From Gemmata obscuriglobus (GTDB taxonomy: Bacteria; Planctomycetota; Planctomycetia; Gemmatales; Gemmataceae): 32,000 nucleotides of DNA. The position numbers were made by a program, and so were the translations under genes. The stretch's first letter is position 1; each line of letters opens with the position of its first letter. The stretch is taken from assembly GCF_008065095.1 (NCBI RefSeq), contig NZ_CP042911.1, positions 7,560,001-7,592,000 of the forward strand, read 5' to 3'. The notes beneath the pieces were generated by a model, which was not told the origin of the DNA, searched no databases, and saw only the letters and a list, made by a program, of their open reading frames with translations. This document shows, piece by piece, positions 1 through 7,063 of this stretch.

Positions 1-202
1 GCACCGGCGGGAGCGGGGGCAGCACCGGCACCGGGGGCGGGTTGTCCATGTGCCGCCGCAGCGCCATCTCCAGGTGGCCCACGATCGTCTCCCCGCGGTC
101 CCGGCAGAACTGCCGGAACCGGTCCGCGAGCGCCCCGTCGATCTCGTAGTTGAACTGCTTGGCCCCGGCCACGTTCTGCCGGGGCCGCGTCCGCTTCGCC
201 AT
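1..202 (-). CDS. Ribbon-helix-helix (CopG/Arc/MetJ-like) DNA-binding protein; the 5' end is complete and the 3' end runs off the window
   Basis: Hand translation from the ATG at 202-200 gives MAKRTRPRQNVAGAKQFNYEIDGALADRFRQFCRDRGETIVGHLEMALRRHMDNPPPVPVLPPLPPV. This is a basic N-tail, a short beta-strand (KQFNYEID) and two helices, as in RHH regulators. GAGG lies about 8-11 nt upstream. The ORF is missing from the ORF track because it is open to the window edge. Confidence 0.6.
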   Translation of the reverse strand, partial: MAKRTRPRQNVAGAKQFNYEIDGALADRFRQFCRDRGETIVGHLEMALRRHMDNPPPVPVLPPLPPV

Positions 203-264
203 GTCCGCACCTCGTCCGCGCCACCGCAGTGCCCCGCCCACTCTACGCGGCCCCCGCCCGGGCG

Positions 265-320
265 TCACTAGTGTCGGCCTAGAAATTCCCCAGCGATTTC
301 CCTTCGCCAGTCACTAGTGA
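265..320. promoter_or_regulatory. Two operator-like palindromes, TCACTAGTG (265-273) and TCACTAGTGA (311-320), in a divergent control region
   Basis: The palindrome core CACTAGTG occurs twice with centres about 46 bp apart. The sites flank the most AT-rich stretch of the left end (ctagaaattccccagcgatttccc), between the minus-strand RHH gene and the plus-strand operon. Confidence 0.45.
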
Positions 321-401
321 TTCGCTAGCATGCGTCCCGTTGGGGCGTGCGACGGGCGGCCATTCGGGCCGCCCGCGTGCGTTCCCGGGGAGGGTCTGGC
401 G

Positions 402-608
402 ATGTGCAAGGCCGAACTGCCGGGCGAGATCAAGGACCGGCTGGTGAACGCGGTGACCGCGTTCGACACCTGGGACGAGCTGAAGGCGGCGATGGACGGC
501 GGCTACGTGCCGACGATCCGGGGGGAGACGGAGAACGAGCGCAAGCTCATCTGCCTGATCCTGGCCGAGGGCTACCGGGCCTGGGGCAACAAGGGCCGGA
601 ACTGGTGA
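402..608 (+). CDS. Hypothetical small protein (68 aa from ATG 402; the ORF track gives an alternative start at 330)
   Basis: GGAGGG lies 9 nt upstream of ATG 402. The product MCKAELPGEIKDRLVNAVTAFDTWDELKAAMDGG... has normal composition. I recognise no family. Confidence 0.5.
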   Translation: MCKAELPGEIKDRLVNAVTAFDTWDELKAAMDGGYVPTIRGETENERKLICLILAEGYRAWGNKGRNW

Positions 609-613
609 CCCGC

Positions 614-697
614 GGCGGGGGCCTCCGAGGCCCCCGCCCTCTTAATGCAGCCCGCGGCTGGAACCGCGGCCGGTCGCAAGCCCGGGTGAATGCAGAG
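614..697 (+). repeat. Structured intergenic cassette, copy 1
   Basis: Hairpin A is GGCGGGGGCC-tccga-GGCCCCCGCC (614-638). Box1 is TTAATGCAGCC (642-652). Hairpin B is CCGCGG-ctggaa-CCGCGG. Box2 is AAGCCCGGGTGAATGCAGAG (678-697). GGGAGG and ATG 715 follow. Confidence 0.7.
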
Positions 698-714
698 CGC
701 GGGAGGGGTTCGGA

Positions 715-963
715 ATGCAAGCGGTGAAGAACGTGGCGGGGTGGGCGCTGGGGGCGGCCCTGGTGTGGTTCCTGATCACCTCGCTCAAGGCGGTGGCCCC
801 GGCGGCCGCGGTCGAGGCGGCCCCGGTCGGCGCGCGGGTCGGGCACCTGCTGCTCCACCTGGCCCTCGGGTTCGCTTACGGGCGGTGCCTGGTCGGGGTG
901 GTGGCGGCGGCCCTGAAGCCGCTGTGGGACCGGTTCCTCGACGGGCCAGCCCGGACGACGTGA
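715..963 (+). CDS. Small hydrophobic protein with two predicted transmembrane segments
   Basis: GGGAGGGG Shine-Dalgarno (SD) sequence upstream. The product contains WALGAALVWFLITSL and HLLLHLALGFAYGRCLVGVVAAAL hydrophobic stretches. Confidence 0.55.
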   Translation: MQAVKNVAGWALGAALVWFLITSLKAVAPAAAVEAAPVGARVGHLLLHLALGFAYGRCLVGVVAAALKPLWDRFLDGPARTT

Positions 964-969
964 CCGATC

Positions 970-1051
970 GCGGCCCCGAGAAACCGGGGCCGCGGCCCTT
1001 AACCCGACCGCCCCACGGTGGGGCGCTGGTGACAAGTCCAGCAACGGGGAG
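970..1051 (+). repeat. Structured intergenic cassette, copy 2 (the most diverged copy)
   Basis: Hairpin A is GCGGCCCCG-agaaac-CGGGGCCGC (970-993). The box1-like element is TTAACCCGACC. Hairpin B is CGCCCCAC-g-GTGGGGCG (1009-1025). The box2-like element is AAGTCCAGCAACGGGGAG (1034-1051). AGGGAGG and ATG 1068 follow. Confidence 0.6.
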
Positions 1052-1067
1052 TCAAGGGAGGCTGCTC

Positions 1068-1304
1068 ATGCAAGCCGACGACGAGGCGTTTTGCGCGCTG
1101 GTGCGGCGGGTCCAGGGGAACCTGGACCGCGGGCTCCTGTGCGAGGAGGAGGACCACGAGGCCCTCTCCGAGCGGCTCCGGGGGTGCGAGACGGTGGCAG
1201 ACGTGGAGGCGCTGCAGCGGACCGCGCTGCGGTGGAACTACGCGACGCGGCCGCTCGACCCGTGGGACGACTGGCAATCCACGCTCGACACGACGCGCAA
1301 CTAG
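1068..1304 (+). CDS. Hypothetical protein (78 aa)
   Basis: This is an internal ATG of track ORF 690..1304, preceded by AAGGGAGG. The upstream part of that ORF is Gly/Arg/Pro-rich out-of-frame-type sequence that overlaps gene 715..963. Confidence 0.5.
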   Translation: MQADDEAFCALVRRVQGNLDRGLLCEEEDHEALSERLRGCETVADVEALQRTALRWNYATRPLDPWDDWQSTLDTTRN

Positions 1305-1310
1305 CCCGAC

Positions 1311-1400
1311 GCGGCCCCCGAACCCGGGGGCCGCGGGCCGTAATGCAGCCGCCGCGGCACGCGCCGCGGCGCCGGTCCCAAGCCCGGAGCGAATGCAGAG
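1311..1400 (+). repeat. Structured intergenic cassette, copy 3
   Basis: Hairpin A is GCGGCCCCCG-aacc-CGGGGGCCGC (1311-1334). Box1 is TAATGCAGCC (1341-1350). Hairpin B is GCCGCGGC-acgc-GCCGCGGC (1351-1370). Box2 is AAGCCCGGAGCGAATGCAGAG (1380-1400). GGAGG and ATG 1427 follow. Confidence 0.7.
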
Positions 1401-1426
1401 GGGGGTGAACGAACGGAGGTTTTCAG

Positions 1427-2299
1427 ATGGTGACAACGGAAGCAACGCCCCGGGAGCAGACGGCGGACGTGAACGGCGTGCACGTCCGCGTCGGCCCGTG
1501 GCGGGACGGCGGCCTCGCGGCGAGCGTGTACCCGCTCGCGGGCGGCCGCGGCCCGAGCTGGGTCAGCGACGACCCGGAGGCGGTCGCGCTGGCGCGGGCG
1601 GTGATTGCGGAGCAGCGGGGCGAGGAGGTGCTCGCCGACTACCTGGACGACAACCCGCAACCGGACACGTGCGGCGAACGGGCCGCCAGCTTGCTGCGAC
1701 AGCACGTGACCCCGCCCCGCGTCCACACGCGGACGTGGCCGGGCAGCGGGACCGCGACGGTCACGGACATGGCCCACGCCGGGAAGCGCGGCAAGACCTG
1801 CCGCGTGCTCCGGTTCAACGGCTGGGGCGCCGGGGCCGCGCGCCCGGGCACGCCCGAGGACCGGTGCGGCGGGTTCTGCCAGGGCGTCTGCCACTGGCTC
1901 GACGGGATCAGCCTGCACACCGACTTCGAGGCGCTCCGGGCCGAGCTGCTCGCCCGGCTCGCGGCGTACACCGCGGGCGACCCGGAGGCGGCGCGGGTGT
2001 ACGGGATCGTGGTCCGCGACGAACAGATCCGGGGCGTCGACGCCCCGGCGGTGCCGCTGACGGCGGGGGTCCCCGGCGCGTGGTCCGCCGGCGCGGACGA
2101 GACGGGCGTGACGATCCGCGATCTCGACGACGTGAACGAGTGGATGGAGATCACCCCGAGCCGGCAGAGCGGCAGCGAGGCGTACCGCCGTGCGGCCAAG
2201 GTGTGGGCCCGGGTCCGGACGGCCAAGACCCGCCTCGAGGCCAGCGCCATCTTGCGGGCCGCGGGGTGCAAGCTCCACGGCTACTGCGGGCGCGACTGA
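1427..2299 (+). CDS. Hypothetical protein (290 aa) with a weak TIGR02996-like (Gemmata repeat-companion) motif
   Basis: GGAGG lies 7 nt upstream. The segment LADYLDDNPQPD resembles the ADWLEE-GDP signature of TIGR02996. I recognise no catalytic motif. Confidence 0.55.
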   Translation: MVTTEATPREQTADVNGVHVRVGPWRDGGLAASVYPLAGGRGPSWVSDDPEAVALARAVIAEQRGEEVLADYLDDNPQPDTCGERAASLLRQHVTPPRVHTRTWPGSGTATVTDMAHAGKRGKTCRVLRFNGWGAGAARPGTPEDRCGGFCQGVCHWLDGISLHTDFEALRAELLARLAAYTAGDPEAARVYGIVVRDEQIRGVDAPAVPLTAGVPGAWSAGADETGVTIRDLDDVNEWMEITPSRQSGSEAYRRAAKVWARVRTAKTRLEASAILRAAGCKLHGYCGRD

Positions 2300-2306
2300 G
2301 CGCCCG

Positions 2307-2395
2307 CCGCGGCCCCGGTTTCCCGGGGCCGCGGGGCCGTAATGCGGCTCCCCGGCGCGGGCCGGGGAACGGTGGCCAGCCCGTGCAACGCAGAG
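2307..2395 (+). repeat. Structured intergenic cassette, copy 4
   Basis: Hairpin A is CCGCGGCCCCGG-tttc-CCGGGGCCGCGG (2307-2334). Box1 is TAATGCGGCT (2340-2349). Hairpin B is CCCCGGC-gcgg-GCCGGGG (2350-2367). Box2 is AGCCCGTGCAACGCAGAG (2378-2395). GGAGGG and GTG 2424 follow. Confidence 0.7.
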
Positions 2396-2423
2396 CCGGG
2401 TTCCTGTCAACGGAGGGCCGTTC

Positions 2424-2756
2424 GTGAGGAAGGCGCTTCAGCTGCTGTTGGGGTTGGTGTTCGCCGGCGGCACGTGCAGCTCGGCCCACGCCGGGCTCAC
2501 CGGGCGGGCCGGGCCGGCGGGCGTGCACCTGGTGTTCGTGGGGCTCCACGCGGCGTTCGCGGTGCGCCTGCTGTGCGCGGCGCTGGCCGGGGACCGCGGG
2601 CTCCTGGGCGACGTGCCCCGGAGGGCCGCGCTCGACGCCGCCCGCGAGGACCGGCGGCTCGCGCCGGAGGACCGGCCGGCGCGGGTCACGCACCCGTCCC
2701 ACGCCCTGCGCGAGCGGGGCGCGGCGCCGCGGGTGCGGCGGCTCGCCGCCCGGTAA
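2424..2756 (+). CDS. Hypothetical protein with an N-terminal signal or membrane segment (GTG start)
   Basis: GGAGGG lies 6 nt upstream of the GTG. The N-terminus is MRKALQLLLGLVFAGGTCSS, followed by a second hydrophobic stretch. The C-terminal half is Arg/Ala-rich, so frame confidence is only moderate. Confidence 0.4.
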   Translation: MRKALQLLLGLVFAGGTCSSAHAGLTGRAGPAGVHLVFVGLHAAFAVRLLCAALAGDRGLLGDVPRRAALDAAREDRRLAPEDRPARVTHPSHALRERGAAPRVRRLAAR

Positions 2757-2804
2757 CGAGTTCCGCTTGACCGCCCCGGGAGCCCGGGGCGATTCCATAC
2801 GCTG

Positions 2805-2840
2805 AGCCCCCGGCGGGAGAGATCCCGTCGGGGGCTTTTT
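2805..2840 (+). terminator. Intrinsic terminator between the convergent plus-strand operon and the minus-strand late genes
   Basis: A 14-bp stem AGCCCCCGGCGGGA-gaga-TCCCGTCGGGGGCT is followed by a T-run whose first T is the last stem base (ctttttgcgttt on the plus strand). A second hairpin CGCCCCGG-gagc-CCGGGGCG lies at 2772-2791. The structure is 9 nt from the stop of the minus-strand gene that ends at 2845. Confidence 0.75.
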
Positions 2841-2844
2841 GCGT

Positions 2845-5343
2845 TTACGCGGCCGCGCCCGCGGACCACGTCCCCCACTTCGGCTCCTGCCCCTTCTTGA
2901 CCAGCCCGCACGACTCGGTTGCGAGCGGGAGCTTCGCCTCCAGCGGGCACCCGCACGCGGCGCACGCGTCCAGCGCCCGCTCCTCGCACAGGGCGCACTC
3001 CGCCTGCCGCGCCTCCAGTACGTCCAGCGGCACCGTTCGGCGCCCGCCCGCCACGTGCCGCGCCATCGCCGCCGTGTAGTTCATCGCCTGGCGCCACAGC
3101 GCCGGCTTCTGTTTCACGTCCTCCGGGCACCGCGACAGAACCATCAGCCCGTGGTTGTTCCGGTCGCGGCGCGTCACCACCCAGCCCGGGTGGCGGTGAC
3201 AGAACGCCCGCAGCGCGTGCAGCACGCCCGGGGCGTCGGGCCGGTCGCCGCTCTCCCCAAACGTCTCGGTGCAGTGGACCGCGATGTACTTCGCCACCCG
3301 CTCGTGGTGCCGCTCCAGCAGGGGCATGAGCGCGTCGGCGGTGTGCTCGGTGTCGATGAACAGCAGGTCCACCGGGGGCAGGTCCGCGGTCGCCGGGTCG
3401 GCCGTGCGGCCCTCGAACCGCGCCCCCAGCCAGCCCTTCATGCGCTCCCACTGCGGCTTCGCGCGTGGGCACACGCTCACGAACGTGCCGTCGGCCGGGA
3501 GGCCGGCAACGATCGCCGCGTCCGCCGGCTTCATCCACAGCGAGAGTTCCGCGGCGCTCGTGCAGCCGGCCGCCAGCGCGCGCAGCGTGCCGACGTGCTC
3601 GTGGAAGTCGGACGGCTTCGCGGCCGACGCCTCGGCCCACGCGGCGGGCGTCGGGTGCGCGTTCGCCTCGCACGCCGAGCACCCGGCCGGCTTCTGCGGT
3701 TTGAACTGCGTCACGTCCACGTTCGACACGGTGACCATCGGGCCGGGCCACCAGTGCCGCGCCTCGCCCCAGTGCGGGTGCCACAGGGACGCGCCGCGCG
3801 GCTCGTAGCACACGTCCCCGTGCGCCGTGAACCGGCCGGCATTGTGATTGACGTGAACACTCGGAGTGCCACTCATGCCCGCGGGGTCGGCGGGCTCCAG
3901 CCGCGCCCAGGCGGACCGATCGGCCTCATGGTCCGGCTCAAGCACCACCGCCGCGCCGCTCGCCGCCTCACGTTCGGCTCGCGCGAGGTTGCTCTGGATC
4001 GTGTCCCAGCGGAGGCAGAGCTGGTGCAGGGGCTCGTGTCGCTCACGCACCCGCTGCCAGCCGGTGCCGCTGAGGCCGATGTAATCGCGGTGCGACACCA
4101 CCGGGGCCGACGGGTGCGCGGCGAGGGCGTCCCCGAGCCGGTCGAAGTACCCCGGGGGGTACAGCACGTCGTGCTCGCAGAACGCGACCGCGTCGTACTC
4201 CTCGCCCGAAGCGGTGGCATGGGCCACCGCCTGCCGGATCTGGGCCAGGATCGTGTTATAGCCCCGCTTCCGCGCCCCGATGAAGCTCCGGAGCATGATC
4301 CCGGGGGTGTTCACGCTCGGGAGAATGCCCAGGTTCCCGCCGATCTCCCAGGCGCACGCGCTGACGGTCACGTCGTGCCGGATGGTCTGCTCCCGGGCGT
4401 CAATCACGGACTGAAGCGAGCGCATGAGGAGGGGGTCCGGGGCGCTGTTATCGCTGTACCACAGGGCCAGTATCCGCTGCCGCGTTGGACCCGGACGGGG
4501 GCCGTCAAGGGGCTGAACGTGCGCCGCGGTCTTGACGAGTCTGTCCCAGGTGTCCGCCCCCAGGTTCTTCCCGAAGTGCTCGCGGATCTGCTGGTCCGCC
4601 TCAATGCCGAGTTCGCGGTGACCGACCAGCAGGTTCCACACGTGGTCCTCGGTGCGGAGCGGGTACGGGGGCGGCGGGTTGTTGTGCCAGCCGGACACGT
4701 CCCGGAACTTGTGCCGCCACCGCAGCCCGGGCACGCACAGCGCCCGGCCCCCGCGGCGCCGCACCACCTCGTGAACGTACCCCTCCTCGCCCCCGAACCC
4801 GTTGAACAGCGGGTGGAACCCGGGCCACGCCGCGGTGCGCATGAGCCACAGCCCGAGGCCCATCATGGGGATCTCGAACGGCTCGCCGGCGGGGGCCGCG
4901 CCGCGCGGGTCCGTGTCCCAGGTGCCCCACAGCCCGCCGCCCGGGTTCGGCTTCCAGTGTGTGCTCAGCCCCCGGCCGTCGTCGTACACCAGCGGCCCGG
5001 ACACGATGTCCCGCGAGTCCGGATAACGTGAGGCGAAGTCGAGGGCCGCCTGCACCGCGCCCGTTTCCAGAATCACGTGGCTGTCGATGCACAGGGCCCA
5101 CGGGGTGCGAGCGAACCGGAACACGGCGTCCCGGGGCTTGGACGTACCGGTGAGGTCCGGGCGGTGCAGGTACCGGCCGCCCACGGCCCGGGTGATCGCC
5201 TCCACCCGCGGGTCCCGCGCTGGGGTGTTGTCCACCACCAGGTACTCGACCTTCGGGTGGTTCGCGTGCAAAGCCGAGAGCACGAACCACACGTGGTCCG
5301 GCTCGCCCCGGGTCGCCATGCCGATCGTCAGCGGGCTGCTCAT
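2845..5343 (-). CDS. Multidomain enzyme: GT2-like glycosyltransferase, second GT-A-like domain, class I SAM-methyltransferase-like domain and a Cys-rich C-terminus
   Basis: 832 aa. The N-terminus has VEYLVVDNTPARD...CIDSHV, a GT2-like nucleotide-sugar/DxD-type signature. The middle has ILALWYSDNSAPD...AFCEHDVLYPPGYF, also GT-A-like. The C-terminal part has SDFHEHVGTL...DLLFIDTEHTADAL...YIAVHCTE, resembling the Methyltransf_24/CmcI-like LLFIDxxH pattern. The tail is ECALCEE...CAACGCP. All calls are by eye. Confidence 0.7.
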   Translation of the reverse strand: MSSPLTIGMATRGEPDHVWFVLSALHANHPKVEYLVVDNTPARDPRVEAITRAVGGRYLHRPDLTGTSKPRDAVFRFARTPWALCIDSHVILETGAVQAALDFASRYPDSRDIVSGPLVYDDGRGLSTHWKPNPGGGLWGTWDTDPRGAAPAGEPFEIPMMGLGLWLMRTAAWPGFHPLFNGFGGEEGYVHEVVRRRGGRALCVPGLRWRHKFRDVSGWHNNPPPPYPLRTEDHVWNLLVGHRELGIEADQQIREHFGKNLGADTWDRLVKTAAHVQPLDGPRPGPTRQRILALWYSDNSAPDPLLMRSLQSVIDAREQTIRHDVTVSACAWEIGGNLGILPSVNTPGIMLRSFIGARKRGYNTILAQIRQAVAHATASGEEYDAVAFCEHDVLYPPGYFDRLGDALAAHPSAPVVSHRDYIGLSGTGWQRVRERHEPLHQLCLRWDTIQSNLARAEREAASGAAVVLEPDHEADRSAWARLEPADPAGMSGTPSVHVNHNAGRFTAHGDVCYEPRGASLWHPHWGEARHWWPGPMVTVSNVDVTQFKPQKPAGCSACEANAHPTPAAWAEASAAKPSDFHEHVGTLRALAAGCTSAAELSLWMKPADAAIVAGLPADGTFVSVCPRAKPQWERMKGWLGARFEGRTADPATADLPPVDLLFIDTEHTADALMPLLERHHERVAKYIAVHCTETFGESGDRPDAPGVLHALRAFCHRHPGWVVTRRDRNNHGLMVLSRCPEDVKQKPALWRQAMNYTAAMARHVAGGRRTVPLDVLEARQAECALCEERALDACAACGCPLEAKLPLATESCGLVKKGQEPKWGTWSAGAAA

Positions 5344-5371
5344 GTCGCTCGTCTCGTGAAGCTGGGGCCGG

Positions 5372-7063
5372 TCAAAACGGGCTGCTGGTGCTGAGCCCGG
5401 TGGTTACGGGCGGCGGCGGTGGCGGCGGTGTGGTGGTCGTGCCCGCGCCCGCGCAGGTGCCGTTGCACGACGCCAGGGACATCGGCCCCGTGACCGTGCA
5501 GCCCGCGCACTGGTTAATCGGATCGAAGGAGCACCGCGCCACGCCCCCGGGGCACTGGCAGCAGTAGTAGTCCACCGCCGGGCCGCCGCTGGTGGTGGTC
5601 GGCGCGGGTGTGGTGGTGCTGGTGGTCGTGGTCGGCGCCGCGGTCGTGCCGCCGCCGGGGCCGCAACCGTTGGTGCACGCGACCTCGGACGGGAACTGCG
5701 ACCGCAGGGTCGGGGTCTCGTAATTCTCGCACGGGTGGCCCGGTTCGTTCGTGCAGACGAACCGAACGAATCCCTGATACCGGCACTGCCAGCAGGAGAA
5801 CGGTTGCGCGGTGGTGGTGGTGGTCGTCGTGGTGGGCGGCCCGGCGGTGGTGGTCGGCGCGGCCGTGGTGGTGACGGGCAGCGGCACGCACGCCCCGGCC
5901 GCCTGGGCGCAGGTGCCGGACGGGGCGCCGGGCGGCACCTGGCACGAGCACCCGCCCGCGTTCTCGCACGGCCGCACCACCTTGTCCCAAGCGGTGCCGC
6001 TGTCCGAGCCCCAGATGCAGTCGCCGCACCCGGCCGGGGACGCGGTGGTCACCGCCGCGCACGGGTCGGCGGCGCCGTGGACGTAGCAGCGGGTGGCGGC
6101 CTCGTGACCACAAGAGTTCCCGGGGGCGGCCGGCGCGTCGCAGGAGCAGTTGGGCACGCGCGAGCCGGCGCAAGTGTCGCCGATCTTCTCCCAGCGGTCG
6201 CTCTCGCCCGCCACCCCCGACACCCACACCCAGCGGCACCCACCGTTGCAGAACGACGGCGGCACCACGCACGGGGTGTGTGCCGGCGCACAGGACGAGC
6301 ACGCCCCGGCCGGCGGCTGACAGCCGCAGTAGCCGGCGCACCCGTTGCGCGTCTGCACCCACCCGCGGACCGGGTGACAGAACCAGTCGCACCCGTCGGC
6401 GCAGTCCGCCGGGGCCGGGCACGGGCCGCCCGTCGTGGTCGCGCCGGTGCAGTTCGGCGCCTTGGCGTCTTCGGCGAGGCGGCCGCACGCGGTGGTGGCG
6501 CAGGCGTCGGCGGCGGGGCACCACGTCGGGGCCAGGCAGGCGCAGCCGGCGGCGCAGGTGGAGGCGGTGCGGGTCCAGGCCTTTGCGGCGGCGGAGTAGG
6601 TCCACTGGCACGCGCCGGCGCACGGGCCGGCGGTCGTGGTGGGCGCGGCGGTCGTTGTGGTCGTGGTCTCGCCGACCGCCCGCACCACGGGCACGATCCC
6701 GAGGTCCGCGTCGGCCTCGCCGACCACGCGCCACCCCGGCTGCCCCTTCCGCAGCTTCCAGGTGCCGGCGCCCGCACCCCAGGTCTCGCCCGCCGCGGGG
6801 GTGCCGTCGGCGGCGTCGTACAGCGCCCACACCGGGCCGTCGGGCGCGGCCGCGCCGACCGCCCCGGCGGGCGTCGCCTCGCCCGACAGCACCCACACGT
6901 ACCCGCCGTCGGCGTCCGGCTGCGCGACCGCGTACGGCCCGGTCTTGCCGCCCCCGACGGGCCGCACCAGCGCGTGCGCGGGCGCGTCCGCGCCGGCGGC
7001 GAGGGCCACCGCGAGCCAGTTCAGCCCGCGGTCCGGGCCGTCGAACGGGAGCGGGTGGAACAT
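5372..7063 (-). CDS. Cys-rich tail fibre / receptor-binding-like protein with poly-Thr linkers (563 aa)
   Basis: ATG 7063 overlaps the upstream stop (TGATG). The 775-aa track ORF extends upstream only as an out-of-frame-type overlap with 7063..8850. The protein has an N-terminal domain of about 130 aa, three TTTAAPTTTAGP-type linkers and about 48 Cys by my count. It is the last virion-type gene before the glycosyltransferase. Confidence 0.65.
   Translation of the reverse strand: MFHPLPFDGPDRGLNWLAVALAAGADAPAHALVRPVGGGKTGPYAVAQPDADGGYVWVLSGEATPAGAVGAAAPDGPVWALYDAADGTPAAGETWGAGAGTWKLRKGQPGWRVVGEADADLGIVPVVRAVGETTTTTTAAPTTTAGPCAGACQWTYSAAAKAWTRTASTCAAGCACLAPTWCPAADACATTACGRLAEDAKAPNCTGATTTGGPCPAPADCADGCDWFCHPVRGWVQTRNGCAGYCGCQPPAGACSSCAPAHTPCVVPPSFCNGGCRWVWVSGVAGESDRWEKIGDTCAGSRVPNCSCDAPAAPGNSCGHEAATRCYVHGAADPCAAVTTASPAGCGDCIWGSDSGTAWDKVVRPCENAGGCSCQVPPGAPSGTCAQAAGACVPLPVTTTAAPTTTAGPPTTTTTTTTAQPFSCWQCRYQGFVRFVCTNEPGHPCENYETPTLRSQFPSEVACTNGCGPGGGTTAAPTTTTSTTTPAPTTTSGGPAVDYYCCQCPGGVARCSFDPINQCAGCTVTGPMSLASCNGTCAGAGTTTTPPPPPPPVTTGLSTSSPF

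Noticed and set aside
50-271. Plus-strand ORF 50..271 (73 aa).
   Set aside because: The Pro/Arg-rich product lies antisense to a much better minus-strand RHH-fold ORF that has its own SD and ATG at 202.
1840-1900. The CGGFCQGVC (C-x3-C-x3-C) cluster in protein 1427..2299, considered as a radical-SAM-like motif.
   Set aside because: The spacing does not match the canonical C-x3-C-x2-C, and no other radical-SAM features (GGE, SAM-binding strands) are visible.
2370-2396. Sigma-54 style -24/-12 reading of cassette box2 (TGGCC-N6-TGCA in copy 4).
   Set aside because: The GG-to-GC spacing is one nucleotide short in copy 4, and the GG element is absent at the right distance in the other copies.
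5575-6670. Repetitive GGT/GTC-rich DNA blocks at about 5575-5660, 5808-5877 and 6623-6667, considered as possible tandem repeats or a CRISPR-like array.
   Set aside because: They are the antisense of ACC/ACG Thr-codon runs that encode the poly-Thr linkers. There is no repeat-spacer periodicity and no non-coding context.
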